Positions 20,017-32,087 of a stretch of 64,000 nucleotides of DNA are shown here, piece by piece; positions within the stretch are counted from its first letter, which is position 1, and each line of letters starts with the position of its first letter. Source of the stretch: Nostoc sp. (GTDB taxonomy: Bacteria; Cyanobacteriota; Cyanobacteriia; Cyanobacteriales; Nostocaceae); the NCBI RefSeq assembly GCF_036919615.1, contig NZ_JBALCN010000088.1:60226-124225 (forward strand). The letters run 5' to 3'. Both the position numbers and the translations under genes were made by a program. The notes below the pieces were generated by a model. The model had not been told where the DNA came from. It saw only the letters and a list, made by a program, of their open reading frames with translations, and made no database searches.

Positions 20017-21894
20017 CTAACTAGCAAGTGCTTCCTGAATGGCATTATTGTAAATAACACGACCAGGAGTTGTGTATATATACTGTGAAACTACATTGCC
20101 TTTAGCGTCTTGTCTGACTCGGCGGAACTTATAGAGTAATGTCCGGCTACCATCCTCGTTTTCTGTCACTTTCACGGGTTCTGTATCCGGTTGGTCTGAT
20201 TCTATTTCACCGTCAAACCGCACATAGATATAAGAGTGCAAGTCAATTTGCTCTTGTTGAAAAGCCATAATTACATCCTCTAGCGAAGAAAAGTACTTTC
20301 CTGCACCTTTTGTCGCACCGGGATTTTCTGCTGTTAAGTAATACGCTCCCAACACCATATCTTGGCTGGGCGTGATGATCGGTTTACCCGTGGCTGGTGA
20401 CAAAATATTGTTAGAAGCCAACATCAGCAACCGCGCTTCAGCCTGACTTTCTAACGACAGCGGGACGTGTACCGCCATTTGGTCGCCGTCAAAGTCGGCG
20501 TTAAATGCCGGACACACCAGAGGATGCAGTTGAATCGCTCTACCTTCTACCAAAATCGGTTCAAAAGACTGAATACCCAAACGGTGCAACGTTGGTGCCC
20601 GATTTAGCATCACAGGGTGTCCTTCAATCACCTCTTCCAGCACATCCCAAACACTGGGGTCATTGCGGGATATCAGCTTTTTCGCAGCTTTGATATTATT
20701 TACCATACCGCTACGAATGAGGCGGTTAATCACAAATGGTTGAAATAGCTCAATCGCCATTTCTCTAGGCAAACCGCACTGGTGAATTTTCAGCTTTGGC
20801 CCAACAACAATAACAGAACGTCCAGAGTAATCAACCCGTTTACCTAACAAGTTTTGTCGGAAACGTCCTTGCTTACCCTCAATAATGTCGGACAAAGATT
20901 TCAGAGGTCGGTTATTTGCCCCTACCACAGTGCGTCCCCGACGACCATTGTCAATCAAAGCATCAACCGCTTCTTGCAGCATCCGCTTTTCGTTCCGCAC
21001 AATAATCTCTGGTGCCAAAATTTCTTGCAAGCGTGCCAAACGATTGTTGCGGTTAATTACCCGCCGATACAAATCATTTAAATCGCTGGTTGCAAACCGG
21101 CCGCCATCTAGCTGCACCATTGGGCGCAAGTCTGGGGGAATCACGGGAATAACTGCCATTACCATCCACTCTGGTTTGGAACCAGTAGCGATGAAGTTGT
21201 CAATTACCCGCAGTCGCTTAATTAGCTTGGCTCTCTTTTGTCCCTTGGCGTTGCCAATTTCTTCGCGTAGGCTTTCGGCTTCTTGCTCTAAATTGATATC
21301 GGCAAGCAAACGCAACAGTGCTTCAGCACCAATACCTACCTCTACGCCTTGCAGTTGAGAATCTTCGCTATAAATTTGGTCTTCTATTTCCAACCACTGG
21401 TCTTCACTCAGTAGCTGTTTGTAAGTTAAAGTTTCGGCATTACCTGGACTCAGGACAACATAAGAGTTGAAATAAACAATCTGCTCGACATCCCGTAAGG
21501 GCATATCCAACAGGATGGAAATGTAGCTAGGAATGCCTTTGAGATACCAGACGTGAGCTACTGGTGCAGCGAGTTTAATATAGCCCATGCGGTGGCGACG
21601 CACGCGTGACTCGGTGACTTCTACTCCACAGCGCTCACAGACAATACCTCTGTGACGAACTCTTTTATACTTGCCACAATGGCATTCCCAATCTTTCGCG
21701 GGGCCAAAGATGCGCTCACAAAATAAGCCATCCATCTCTGGCTTGAGAGTTCGGTAGTTAATCGTTTCTGGCTTGGTAACTTCACCGACTACCTGACCAT
21801 TGGGCAATGTTCTCTCGCCCCACTGGCGAATGCGTTCAGGGGAAGCCAAGCCGATTTTTACGTAGTCAAACTGATTAGTTTGGGCAGGTCTCAT
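20017..21894 (-). CDS. rpoC1: RNA polymerase gamma subunit
   Basis: Zn-binding CHCGKYK, catalytic NADFDGDQM. Confidence 0.99.
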   Translation of the reverse strand: MRPAQTNQFDYVKIGLASPERIRQWGERTLPNGQVVGEVTKPETINYRTLKPEMDGLFCERIFGPAKDWECHCGKYKRVRHRGIVCERCGVEVTESRVRRHRMGYIKLAAPVAHVWYLKGIPSYISILLDMPLRDVEQIVYFNSYVVLSPGNAETLTYKQLLSEDQWLEIEDQIYSEDSQLQGVEVGIGAEALLRLLADINLEQEAESLREEIGNAKGQKRAKLIKRLRVIDNFIATGSKPEWMVMAVIPVIPPDLRPMVQLDGGRFATSDLNDLYRRVINRNNRLARLQEILAPEIIVRNEKRMLQEAVDALIDNGRRGRTVVGANNRPLKSLSDIIEGKQGRFRQNLLGKRVDYSGRSVIVVGPKLKIHQCGLPREMAIELFQPFVINRLIRSGMVNNIKAAKKLISRNDPSVWDVLEEVIEGHPVMLNRAPTLHRLGIQSFEPILVEGRAIQLHPLVCPAFNADFDGDQMAVHVPLSLESQAEARLLMLASNNILSPATGKPIITPSQDMVLGAYYLTAENPGATKGAGKYFSSLEDVIMAFQQEQIDLHSYIYVRFDGEIESDQPDTEPVKVTENEDGSRTLLYKFRRVRQDAKGNVVSQYIYTTPGRVIYNNAIQEALAS

Positions 21895-21991
21895 ACTTAA
21901 GTGCTGAGTTATGAGTTATGAGTGTTGAGTATATTTAGTTTTAAGTTAGGAGTTAGGAGTTAGGAATTGTTAACTCCTCGCTCCTCACTAT

Positions 21992-24900
21992 CTATTCGTC
22001 ATCTTCCAGCGATTCGCGGGAAAGAGATTCGTATGTTGGTCGAGGAGGTGTGCGACGGGCTGATTGGTCTGCCATCAAATCGACTTCCACATCTAGGGAA
22101 CTGCCATCTGCTTGGGTTTCTACCTTGTGTACGGCAATGTCTAACCCTAATGATTGCAACTCGCGCATTAGCACCTTAAAGGACTCTGGGGTTCCAGGTC
22201 GGGGAATTGCCTTACCTTTAACGATCGCATTTAACGCTTCATTCCGTCCTTGCATATCGTCAGATTTAACTGTGAGCAATTCCTGTAAGGTATAAGCTGC
22301 ACCAAAGGCTTCCAATGCCCACACTTCCATTTCTCCAAACCGCTGACCACCTTGTTGGGCTTTACCACCCAAGGGTTGCTGAGTCACCAGTGAGTATGGG
22401 CCTGTGGAACGAGCGTGGATCTTATCATCCACCAAATGCACCAGCTTCAGCATGTAAGCCACACCGATAGTGATTGCTCGGTCAAAGGGTTCGCCTGTAC
22501 GACCGTCATACACCATGATTTTGCCTGGATTATCTGGGTTATATACCCAGTCTTTGCCTGTTTCGTCTCGTGCTTCTTGCAATTTGCCATGCACAATTCG
22601 GCGGGATGACTCTTCACCGTACATTTCGTCAAAGGGAGTAATCTTAAATCGCACTCCCAAGGTCTGACCAGCCCAACCCAAGAGGCACTCAAATACTTGT
22701 CCGACGTTCATCCGACTGGGTACACCCAAGGGGTTAAGTACAATGTCCACTGGTGAACCATCGGGCAAATAAGGCATATCTTCCGCTGGTAATATCCGAG
22801 AAATAATCCCTTTATTCCCGTGGCGTCCTGCCATTTTGTCACCAACTTGGATTTTGCGTTTTTGGGCAACATATACTCGGACTACCATATTGGCTCCTGG
22901 TGGCAGTTCATCACCTTGTTCACGAGTAAACAAGCGCACATCAACTACGCGACCTTTTTCACCGTTTGGTACTCGCAGAGAATTGTCCCGCACATCCCGG
23001 GCTTTTTCACCGAAAATAGCCCGCAACAGTTTTTCTTCTGGTGGTTGGTCAGATTCACCTTTTGGTGTGACTTTTCCTACCAAGATATCACCAGCTTCTA
23101 CCCATGCTCCAATGCGAATGATTCCCTGTTCATCCAACTGACGCAAGGCATCTTCGCCGACGTTGGGAATTTCTCTAGTGATTTCTTCTGGCCCCAGTTT
23201 CGTCTGTCTAGCTTCAATTTCATATTTTTCAATGTGAATTGAGGTGTAGACATCATCCTGCACCAGTCTTTCAGAAATTAATATTGCATCTTCGTAGTTG
23301 TAGCCTTCCCAAGGCATATAGGCAACTACAATATTTTGTCCTAGCGCCAATTCACCGCCTTCAGTGGAGGAGCCATCAGCCAGCACCTGACCAGCAACAA
23401 CACGTTCACCAATACGGACGAGAGGTTTCTGATTTAAACAGGTATCTTGGTTTGAGCGTTGGTACTTGGAAAGGGTGTACTTAATTTCTGGAGTGCTAGG
23501 TTTAGGACGAACGCGAATTTCTGTGGCATCCACATAGGTGACATCGCCATCGGTGCGCGATACAACTACCATCCCAGAGTCTCTTGCTCCTTGTGCTTCC
23601 AAACCTGTACCCACCAGAGGACGCTCTGGCTTCAGCAGGGGTACTGCTTGCCGTTGCATGTTTGACCCCATCAGCGCTCGGTTAGCGTCATCATGCTCCA
23701 AGAAGGGAATCATGCTGGTCGCTACTGACACAATCTGTACTGGAGATACTGCTACGTAGTCCACCTGTTCTGGTGTTGTGGTGGAGAACTCTTGGCGATA
23801 ACGGACTGGCACTTGTGGCCCAATAATGTGCCCGGTTTCATCTACAGGAATATCTCCCGGAGCAACCCGCAGGTCGTCTTCTTCATCAGCTGTCATGTAG
23901 GCTGGAGGCAGATCAAATCTGACTCGCCCATTTTCCACAGGTCTAAATGGCGTTTCTAAGAAGCCGTACAGGTTCACCCGCGCATGGGTTGCTAAGGAGC
24001 CAATCAATCCGGCGTTGGGGCCTTCTGGTGTCTCAATCGGGCAAATACGTCCATAGTGACTAGGATGAATATCCCGCACAGCAAACCCAGCCCGTTCGCG
24101 GGTTAAACCGCCAGGGCCAAGGGCACTCAGACGGCGTTTGTGGGTCAATTCTGCCAGAGGATTGGTTTGATCCATGAACTGACTTAACTGGCTGGAACCA
24201 AAGAATTCTTTAATTGCTGCTACCAATGGTTTGGGGTTCACCAAGGAAGCGGGAGTTAGCACTTCGGCATCCGATACGGTCATCCGTTCCCGAATTATTC
24301 TTTCTAGGCGATTTAAGCCCACCCGCACTTGGTTTTGCAGCAATTCACCGACGCTTCTCACCCGCCGATTTCCTAAGTGGTCAATGTCATCGATATTACC
24401 AATATCATATTCTAGGTTAATCAGGTAATCCACGGCTGCCAAAATATCCCCAGCAGTCAGCACGCGCATTGTGTCGGGAACAGAAAGGCGCAATTTCTTG
24501 TTGAGCTTGTACCGTCCAACACGACCAAGGTCATAACGTTTCGGGTCAAAGAAACGAGAGTCTAAGAGCTGTTGTCCACCTAAGACTGTGGGTGGTTCAC
24601 CAGGACGCAGTTTGCGATATAACTCCATCAGGGCTTCTTCTTCAGAGAATTGCCCTTCTTTTTCGATGGTTTTTTGGAAATATTCTGGATGGCGTAAGGC
24701 GTCAAAGATTTCGTTGTCTGATAACCCTAAAGCTTTTAGGAGTACCTGCGCTGAGAGTTTGCGGGTTTTGTCAATGCGTACCCACACCAAATCGTTACGG
24801 TCTGTTTCAAATTTCAGCCATGCTCCCCGGTTGGGAATTAAGCTAGCTGAATAAGTGCGTCGCCCGTTTTTGTCTATTTCTGATTTGTAATAAACCCCTG

Positions 24901-25291
24901 GCGATCGCACTATTTGATTGACAATTACCCGCTCGGCTCCGTTAATAATAAACGTGCCGCGATCGGTCATCAAAGGCAAATCCCCAATAAATACCTCTTG
25001 CTCTTTGATTTCCCCGGTTTCTTTGTTAATCAAGCGTGTGGGAACATACATTTGAACGGCATAGGTACTGTCCCGGCGTTTGGCTTCTTCGACGCTGTAC
25101 TTTGGCTCCTTGAGTTTATAGTTATGACCCAAAAAGTGTAGTTCTAGTTTGCCCGTATAATCTGTGATCGGACTAAAGGAGTTAAGTTCTTCTATCAGCC
25201 CTTCTTCCAAAAACCAGCGAAAGCTTGACCGCTGGATTTCAATCAAGTCGGGCAACAGAAAGGCGGGTTCCATATACGTTTCTTTAGTCAT
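21992..25291 (-). CDS. rpoB: RNA polymerase beta subunit (start taken at ATG 25291; the ORF extends to 25333)
   Basis: [37 protein letters not shown]. Confidence 0.99.
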   Translation of the reverse strand: MTKETYMEPAFLLPDLIEIQRSSFRWFLEEGLIEELNSFSPITDYTGKLELHFLGHNYKLKEPKYSVEEAKRRDSTYAVQMYVPTRLINKETGEIKEQEVFIGDLPLMTDRGTFIINGAERVIVNQIVRSPGVYYKSEIDKNGRRTYSASLIPNRGAWLKFETDRNDLVWVRIDKTRKLSAQVLLKALGLSDNEIFDALRHPEYFQKTIEKEGQFSEEEALMELYRKLRPGEPPTVLGGQQLLDSRFFDPKRYDLGRVGRYKLNKKLRLSVPDTMRVLTAGDILAAVDYLINLEYDIGNIDDIDHLGNRRVRSVGELLQNQVRVGLNRLERIIRERMTVSDAEVLTPASLVNPKPLVAAIKEFFGSSQLSQFMDQTNPLAELTHKRRLSALGPGGLTRERAGFAVRDIHPSHYGRICPIETPEGPNAGLIGSLATHARVNLYGFLETPFRPVENGRVRFDLPPAYMTADEEDDLRVAPGDIPVDETGHIIGPQVPVRYRQEFSTTTPEQVDYVAVSPVQIVSVATSMIPFLEHDDANRALMGSNMQRQAVPLLKPERPLVGTGLEAQGARDSGMVVVSRTDGDVTYVDATEIRVRPKPSTPEIKYTLSKYQRSNQDTCLNQKPLVRIGERVVAGQVLADGSSTEGGELALGQNIVVAYMPWEGYNYEDAILISERLVQDDVYTSIHIEKYEIEARQTKLGPEEITREIPNVGEDALRQLDEQGIIRIGAWVEAGDILVGKVTPKGESDQPPEEKLLRAIFGEKARDVRDNSLRVPNGEKGRVVDVRLFTREQGDELPPGANMVVRVYVAQKRKIQVGDKMAGRHGNKGIISRILPAEDMPYLPDGSPVDIVLNPLGVPSRMNVGQVFECLLGWAGQTLGVRFKITPFDEMYGEESSRRIVHGKLQEARDETGKDWVYNPDNPGKIMVYDGRTGEPFDRAITIGVAYMLKLVHLVDDKIHARSTGPYSLVTQQPLGGKAQQGGQRFGEMEVWALEAFGAAYTLQELLTVKSDDMQGRNEALNAIVKGKAIPRPGTPESFKVLMRELQSLGLDIAVHKVETQADGSSLDVEVDLMADQSARRTPPRPTYESLSRESLEDDE

Positions 25292-26040
25292 GCCTTTTCC
25301 TTTGTCAACCTGGTAAAATTTTCCCGTGGACACTGCTGTTTGACGCTTCCCACTGCTAGCCAGTGTCCTTAGCTGTCTGGGAACTTTTTCTTACACACTT
25401 GTTATTTACAGGTGTGGGCAAACGCAGCGATTAAAGCTGGAATGAGCAATTTGGACTAGGGGATAATCGCCCCTAATCGGGTACTCAGACGCCAAAAACC
25501 CACTATAGTCTTGATTTAAGAAGAATATACAGTTGAGATATTCCTGAGTTTTATCTACTTTCTTCATTTCCCCTCCAAAAAGCGCGTTAATTTGCTGACG
25601 CAGCTCTAGACGGTGTGTTTTAAATCCACCCGCCTATTTATACTCTCAGTGATATCCTAGATATCCTAAGACTGAGGGAATGATCCGTACCTTGTCGGCT
25701 TTTAATCAGAATCACTTCGTTTTGCTCGATTGTACTCACAAGGCAATTTCGTTTAACGATTTTGTATAGGTTAAATACACACCAAGCCGATGTTGTGCAA
25801 AAGTCTAGCTCAATTTGGGTTGGCACGTTTAGTCATGTGTGGAGAGCATCCGCTTGTAGAGATTTGGAGGATGGCCAAGCCGATAACATTACGGAAAATT
25901 AGGCTCAGAAATTTTAGGTTCCTTCCTTTATCATTATGGCGCAAGCAAAATGTTTTTGAGGGAATAATATTAACATATTTTTGTCCCCCTAGAGGTTTAT
26001 TTTTTTTAGCACAACTGAATAAAAGAGATTAAAGCCCACT

Positions 26041-26826
26041 TTATATTGACAGACCGAATAATTCACAGGCATTCTGAGTGGTTTGATGGGCGATCGCTTC
26101 TACCGTTTCCTGACGTAATTTAGCTACTTGCTCGGCGACATAAAGCACGTAGGCAGGCTCGTTACGCCTCTGGCCGCGTTTAGGAACTGGAGCCAGAAAT
26201 GGGCAGTCTGTTTCAATCAGTAGGCGATCGCTACTCACCATCGCTGCGGAGGATTGGATCGCTTTGGCGTTTTTGAACGTCACCGTCCCACTAAAGCTGA
26301 TGTAGAAGCCTAAATCGAGAAACCATTGAGTTTCTTCTGGCGTTCCTCCCCAGCAATGCATGACACCGCGCACTCTTTCTCCTTTGAATTTTCGCCATTT
26401 TTGCAACACTTCTCTAGTTTGGACAGCAGCATCGCGGCAGTGGATAATCACTGGTAAGTTAAGTTCCGATGCGATCGCTAACTGCGATTCAAACACCATA
26501 AGCTGATGCTCATAGTTATCAGCTTTGTAAAAATCCAGCCCCATTTCCCCAATTGCTACCACATGAGAGTCAGAACTCGCCAAAGTTTTGATTTTTTCGG
26601 CTGTCTCGCTATTCCATTTATCAGCATCTAAAGGATGTAATCCCACGGCAAAGCTGATTTCAGGAAACTCTTGTACTATGGATTGAATACTGGAAAACTC
26701 CTCAGGGTGAACACAGGAATGTACTAAATGCACTACACCTGCTTCTTGCCATCGCGATCGCACTGTTGCTAAATCCGGCTGGAAACTATCAAAGTTGAGA
26801 TGGACGTGCGTATCTATTAGTTGCAT
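26041..26826 (-). CDS. tatD: TatD family deoxyribonuclease
   Basis: [24 protein letters not shown] and ETDCPFL motifs. Confidence 0.95.
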   Translation of the reverse strand: MQLIDTHVHLNFDSFQPDLATVRSRWQEAGVVHLVHSCVHPEEFSSIQSIVQEFPEISFAVGLHPLDADKWNSETAEKIKTLASSDSHVVAIGEMGLDFYKADNYEHQLMVFESQLAIASELNLPVIIHCRDAAVQTREVLQKWRKFKGERVRGVMHCWGGTPEETQWFLDLGFYISFSGTVTFKNAKAIQSSAAMVSSDRLLIETDCPFLAPVPKRGQRRNEPAYVLYVAEQVAKLRQETVEAIAHQTTQNACELFGLSI

Positions 26827-26883
26827 TTTTTTGTCCTTTGTCATTTGTCATAAATTGTTAGCGCTGATCACAACTAATGACAA

Positions 26884-27330
26884 ATGACCCTCCGGGTAGA
26901 ATCCTTCTGTTGTCAAAGAAGCTACGCGAGCACCTATGCTTTGCGATTCCCAGCTGATCAAGAGAGAAATCACGCCTGCCACTTGTTTGAATTTGGCAGA
27001 GCCTACGCCAGTCGCTCATGGGGAGCAACTACGGTGAGTCCAGCACTGCGGGAGGGTTTCCCTCCGTAGGTGACTGGCGAACCCGTAAGGGTGGACGGGT
27101 TAAGAGGCATAGAGCAAGTGGTATGGAAACCCTCAACATTGCACTGGCTTCTCAGATGCTTTCTACGAGATGCTACACGTAGCTTGCTTCAACCTAGATG
27201 TACGCATACTCTTTGCCACAGTCTCTCCAAGAGTTGAGGCTGCGCTATGCGCTGAAGCGTTTTACACCACTTGCTACAACTTTGCGAAACTTCATAGCAC
27301 AGTGGCTCCTTGAGTTACAAGAGCGCACTG
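26884..27330. repeat. mosaic of nested Nostoc short dispersed repeats within possible degraded coding DNA
   Basis: GGTGAGTCCAGCACTGCGGGAGGGTTTCCCTCCGTAGGTGACTGGCGAACCCGTAAGGG and TTCTACGAGATGCTACACGTAGCTTGCTTC blocks. Confidence 0.5.
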
Positions 27331-27342
27331 GCTTACCAATGA

Positions 27343-27642
27343 CTATTCAGCTGCTGTTTGAGTTAAAGGTTTTAGTTTATGAGCTAATCTCGACTTTTTC
27401 CTTGCTCCATTGTTGGGGTGAAGGACACCCCGTTTGATCGCTTTATCGATTTTGCCGTAAGCCTCGGATAACCGAGCCTGTGCTTCTTGTTTTAATTCTG
27501 GGGTAGGATTAGCCGCATAGACAGCTATAGCATTAAAGTATTTCTTCATCAGCGTCTTGACTGCTGATTTGTAAGCTTTATTACGCAGTCGGTTACGTTC
27601 TGCGATTTCGGCACGCTTGAGAGCAGACTTTGTATTCGCCAC
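27343..27642 (-). CDS. rpsT: 30S ribosomal protein S20 (GTG start)
   Basis: ANTKSALKR...[11 protein letters not shown]...[22 protein letters not shown]. Confidence 0.97.
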   Translation of the reverse strand: MANTKSALKRAEIAERNRLRNKAYKSAVKTLMKKYFNAIAVYAANPTPELKQEAQARLSEAYGKIDKAIKRGVLHPNNGARKKSRLAHKLKPLTQTAAE

Positions 27643-28500
27643 AGTCAATTCCAAAAATACTATTTATATGTACACACACTACTAGACTTACTAATATAGC
27701 ATCTAAATTGCCAATGTTATAATTTCCGAAAAAAATTCTCCCATTGGGGATTAGGTACCGGAGATTGGGGAAAAATTTAGTCCCTAGTAGATTACGGCGT
27801 AAATAAACATACCATACCCTCCGGGAAGCCGCTCTGCGTCTACAAAATGGCGCAAGAGCAAGGAATACAACTCTTTTGACTTTTGACTTTTGCCTTGCGG
27901 TACTAGTCTTTGCTGCCTAATCTCCAGTTCTTAATTTGGTTTGCCGTCAATTTGGCAAATGCGTTAAAATAAGGTACATCAAATAAAATAGTAACCCTAA
28001 CTCATCACCTGGTTAAGCAATGTGATTGCCAATATAATAATCTGTCCCTAAAACGGATATATTGTCAAAGGCAAGGAACTGTAAACAGCTAAATTTCAGG
28101 GGTTCCAAAGTATAAAACCGATATATCGTGTCTGTACACATGTTAACTACTAAAAGTTAGGAAAATAAGTACAAATTATACTCAGACCCTATCCCCTGTA
28201 AATCCGGGGGGCTGGATGTGTAAACACACAACCTGCACCAGAGCAAGGAGTCAGGGTAAGGGCATAAGGGTAGTGGAAAATGGCACGCCCACTTCCTGCC
28301 GCTAGCCTGCCGAGGCTTTGTCGGACTGAGCAATTAAGTCGCCTTCTCAAGTAAATTATCTGCTGGCAGCCTTGAGAGTATCAAAAAAATCCAGGTTAAG
28401 CTAGAGAAGAGAATTAGAGTCAGCTTCCACACCCCAGTTGGTCAAGAGCAATACTAAATCTCAGGTGGGAATATTATAATTTTGGCATTGTCCTTACTCC

Positions 28501-29802
28501 ATGCTGCGAATCATTACTCAGCAGGCAGACGTCAGAGCAGAACTACAACGGATCTGCGATCGCACCCATGACGAACAGGTACTTCACAAAGAAGCAACGG
28601 TGCGGGAAGTTTTGCAAGCAGTGAAGCGCCAAGGCGACAAAGCTGTATTGCATTACACAGCCGAATTTGACAAACAAACCCTGAAAGCAGAAGAACTCCG
28701 AGTTACAGGCTCAGAACTAGATGCAGCCTATCAGCAGGTGTCAAAGGAGTTGCTTGATGCAGTTCGGCTAGCTTGCCGCAATATTGAAGCGTTTCATCGT
28801 CAGCGAGTACCGAAAAGCTGGGTACACTTTGGTTACGATGAAGTAGTACTGGGCAAACGCTACACACCCGTAGACCGAGCCGGGTTGTATGTGCCTGGCG
28901 GCCGTGCCGCCTATCCCAGTACAGTGCTGATGAATGCAATTCCGGCTCATGTTGCTGCTGTACCCCACGTGGTGATGGTAACACCACCAGGCCCAGGGGG
29001 TGCGATTAACCCAGCAGTCTTGGTAGCTGCCCAAGAAGCAGGGGTGCAAGAAATTTATCGTATTGGAGGCGCACAAGCGATCGCCGCTTTAGCCTATGGC
29101 ACAGAAACGATTCCGAAAGTGAATGTAATTACTGGGCCTGGTAACATTTATGTCACCCTAGCGAAAAAACTTGTTTACGGCACTGTCGGCATTGATTCTT
29201 TGGCAGGCCCCAGCGAAGTGCTGGTGATTGCCGATGAAACTGCAAATCCGGTGCATGTCGCTGCTGACTTGCTGGCCCAAGCGGAACACGATCCAATGGC
29301 GGCAGCAATTTTGCTGACGACAGATGCTGCTTTGGCGAAAAACGTGCAATTAGCCTTGGAAAGACAGCTAGTGGATCACCCACGGCGAATAGACACAGAA
29401 AAAGCGATCGCTCATTATGGGTTGATTGTCCTTGTGGAATCGCTCCAAGCAGCAGCAGAACTCTCAAATGAATTTGCCCCCGAACACCTGGAATTAGAAA
29501 TCAAAGACCCTTGGGCGCTCTTACCACAGATTCGCCACGCTGGGGCAATCTTTTTGGGTTACTCAACACCTGAAGCTGTAGGAGACTATTTGGCAGGCCC
29601 TAACCATACCTTGCCAACTTCTGGTGCTGCCCGCTATGCTTCGGCATTAGGGGTTGAAACTTTCCTCAAACACTCCAGTATTATTCAATACTCCCAAACT
29701 GCACTGCAAAATGTCGCTAGTGCCATTGATGTGCTAGCAACAGCAGAGGGCTTACCTTCCCATGCTGATTCAGTCCGACGCCGAATTCAGCAAGAAGAGT
29801 GA
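28501..29802 (+). CDS. hisD: histidinol dehydrogenase
   Basis: GLYVPGG, GPGNIYV, AGPSE, QAEHD, APEHLE, GDYLAGPNHTLPT. Confidence 0.98.
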   Translation: MLRIITQQADVRAELQRICDRTHDEQVLHKEATVREVLQAVKRQGDKAVLHYTAEFDKQTLKAEELRVTGSELDAAYQQVSKELLDAVRLACRNIEAFHRQRVPKSWVHFGYDEVVLGKRYTPVDRAGLYVPGGRAAYPSTVLMNAIPAHVAAVPHVVMVTPPGPGGAINPAVLVAAQEAGVQEIYRIGGAQAIAALAYGTETIPKVNVITGPGNIYVTLAKKLVYGTVGIDSLAGPSEVLVIADETANPVHVAADLLAQAEHDPMAAAILLTTDAALAKNVQLALERQLVDHPRRIDTEKAIAHYGLIVLVESLQAAAELSNEFAPEHLELEIKDPWALLPQIRHAGAIFLGYSTPEAVGDYLAGPNHTLPTSGAARYASALGVETFLKHSSIIQYSQTALQNVASAIDVLATAEGLPSHADSVRRRIQQEE

Positions 29803-29874
29803 TTTGGAATGCTTAATTTTTTGCCGTACTGTTGGCAAAAGTCACTCTATAGCTTCAGACTAAAAATTTGGATG

Positions 29875-29903
29875 GCGATACCTACGGTAAGCTACGCTAA
29901 CGC
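29875..29903. repeat. HIP1 split by a 21-nt SDR5-type insert
   Basis: GCGAT-ACCTACGGTAAGCTACGCTAA-CGC. Confidence 0.8.
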
Positions 29904-30123
29904 ACACCATTTGCTATCCTGCCTTCAGCCGCCCTTTAAGCGTCCACAAGTTGGGCATTGCCGACGGCACAGTTGCTTCAAAAGTCGGGGATTGATTGCC
30001 GGATGGCAGTTCCTTGGGTAGGGTTTCTTTATCTAAGGAACTGGTGAAAAACTTCTCCACACCAGTTGCTAAAACCCACCAGCGTGAAAGTCGTGTAAAA
30101 CGAACCTATGGCGCAGCCTCGAA

Positions 30124-30360
30124 TATAGGATTTATAATTTGATTTTTGAAATGTAGGCTGTGTTAGACGAAAGTACGGCATCGTCTGAACGTACCCTACA
30201 TAATATTTAGATTTATCTCAAAAATCAAATCGGATTGCTATATACAGCGTATTGCAGGTAAATGAAGTACACGGGTAGGGGCGCAACATGTTGTGCCCCT
30301 ACGATGATCTGTACCTCACCTTGGCGTAGCCTAAGAAGAGAAGTTGCAATCTGCTGTATA
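30124..30360. mobile_element. two abutting TA-flanked MITE-like elements containing REP-like GTAGG hairpins
   Basis: A: TATAGGATT..ATTTGATTTTTGA ... TCAAAAATCAAATCGGATTGCTATA (30124-30242). B: TATACAGC ... GCTGTATA (30241-30360) with GTAGGGGCGCAACATGTTGTGCCCCTAC. Confidence 0.65.
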
Positions 30361-30578
30361 AACTAACGCGATGTGCGATTTAATATTCTGATCTCTCTCC
30401 TAAAAGGCTTTGATTTTTGCTCCCCAAGGCCAGTAGGGAAGGGGTTGGGGATTAGGTTTGAGAGAAAGTCGCACATGGCGTAAACTAAATAGTCAGATGG
30501 AAAATTAATTTAGTGTAGCTGCCAACAAATTTTGCTAGATACTTATATAAGGGGTCTACTCTTTAGGAGACGAGAGCA

Positions 30579-31004
30579 GTGCTAAAGAATATTTTGGTAG
30601 CTCTAGACGGTTCGGAAGTTGCAGAACGAGTAATTCAGACTTTAGATGATTTGGCGTTGTTAAAAGATGCAAAAATTATTCTCTGTCATGTGTTTCCCAC
30701 CCCAGAGTCAGAGATGGAACTACCTGCTGATTGTCCTCAGCCAGAGTCCCCAACATTTTCTTATTTTCATATTGAAAAACAGCTGCGATCATATCAGGAA
30801 AAGTTATCAGTCACTTGTGAGTTAGAACTGGTAACTGGTGATCCTGCTGATGAAATTATTCGCCTTGCCAATATTTACAAAACTGACTTGATTCTAATTG
30901 GTAGCCGGGGGTTGATGGGGATGAAGCGAATTGTCCAAGGTTCTGTTAGCAGTCAAGTTGTGGAAGAGGCTAATTGTTCAGTGTTAGTCGTCAAACCAAA
31001 ATAA
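30579..31004 (+). CDS. universal stress protein (UspA family)
   Basis: ILVALDGS...GDPADEII...DLILIGSRG...GSVS..V...CSVLVVK. Confidence 0.93.
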   Translation: MLKNILVALDGSEVAERVIQTLDDLALLKDAKIILCHVFPTPESEMELPADCPQPESPTFSYFHIEKQLRSYQEKLSVTCELELVTGDPADEIIRLANIYKTDLILIGSRGLMGMKRIVQGSVSSQVVEEANCSVLVVKPK

Positions 31005-31023
31005 AAATTTGCAACGGGAAGCA

Positions 31024-31103
31024 ATGACTATAACTACCCCAAAACTAGCCTTTGAGGAATATCTGAAATATGATGATCGCACTGATACCTGCTATGAATT
31101 TGA
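31024..31103 (+). pseudogene. 5' fragment of a Uma2-family gene
   Basis: MTITTPKLAFEEYLKYDDRTDTCYEF resembles a Uma2 N-terminus; the sequence diverges afterwards. Confidence 0.6.
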
Positions 31104-31838
31104 CAAAACCCAAAAAAATAAGAGGTTTTATTCCTGCGTGGTTAAAAATTTGACCTTTTACAAAGCTGTTTTCACTTAAGATAACGAGAGCAAACGCCTA
31201 CCAAAATGCTTGTATTCCATATCTCATATTAATTCTGTATGAAGATGCACAGAATAATCCGCCTGAAATCCTTGCTAGATAAAGGGACTATTCTATGTAG
31301 GCTCACATAGAATTGGTATCAACAGAGAAAATATCAGGAATTATGGTATGTTCACCTTACTTACTCCAAACGAATAGACAGACTTGCTTATTCGTTTGGA
31401 GTAAGTTCCTTAAAAAGAGTTTCGTTATCGTTCACAAATTACTAGATTGTGATGAATCTGGTTGATTTATCAAATAGCAATGCTTACTTCCCTACTCAAG
31501 GTAAGCAGCATCTTTAGCTAAAAGTACCATTTAAGTTTATCAACAGTTGCCTACTAGCAACCGTTGATAGACTTTGTTAAGTTTCTCGAAGAAAAATATG
31601 TGGGTGACAATAAACGTATGCTAAGATAACTGCTATCAAGCAAATAGCTAATAACTTGCCAGGATGTAAGTAGATTAGCAATTAAGACAGGCGCAAAAGT
31701 AACTTAACCTGCTCGAACAGGATAGTTTATTTAAGAGCCTTTAGCCGAGTAAAGACGCTGTTAATAGTGTCTTTACTTACATTTATTGTTTCCCTTCTAC
31801 TAAACTTCATAAGTTTGGCTATTGCACTGACAGGATAG

Positions 31839-32087
31839 TTAAACAGCTGGCACACCAACAGCACTAGATCCACCATTACCACCAGTAATAGTGCCTCCAT
31901 TAACAATAACAGTCCCAGAGCCGCTATTTATAATGCCAGCGCCGCCAGCGCCGCCAGCACCGCCAATAAATTTAAGTATTAACTTAAGGAGAAAGAATTT
32001 ACTAGCTTCCTTATTGTGCTTTTTCTGGCCTCCAGAGAGATTGCCCTCTTCGTTGGCAGTTAGTGTGGTGAACAATGTGCTTTCCAT
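31839..32087 (-). CDS. Gly-rich peptide with a double-glycine-type leader (putative secreted or bacteriocin-like precursor)
   Basis: MESTLFTTLTANEEGNLSGG | QKKHNKEASKFFLLKLILKFIGGAGGAGGAG...GGNGG. Confidence 0.75.
   Translation of the reverse strand: MESTLFTTLTANEEGNLSGGQKKHNKEASKFFLLKLILKFIGGAGGAGGAGIINSGSGTVIVNGGTITGGNGGSSAVGVPAV

Noticed and set aside
15735-25141. Numerous 60-157 aa plus-strand ORFs within rpoC2/rpoC1/rpoB, and similar shadow ORFs over ald, hisH, hisD, hslO, DyP, ndhH and rsmH
   Set aside because: They are antisense or alternate-frame shadows of well-conserved genes, with no motifs or independent signals.
28240-28500. GC-richer leader upstream of hisD as a riboswitch or attenuator
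   Set aside because: No recognisable aptamer, His-codon leader peptide or terminator/antiterminator pair.
29810-30110. Protein-like minus-strand stretch (RFTRLSRWWVLATGVEKFF...LWTLKGRLKAG*) interrupted by an SDR
   Set aside because: It may be a gene relic, but I cannot assign a family or boundaries.
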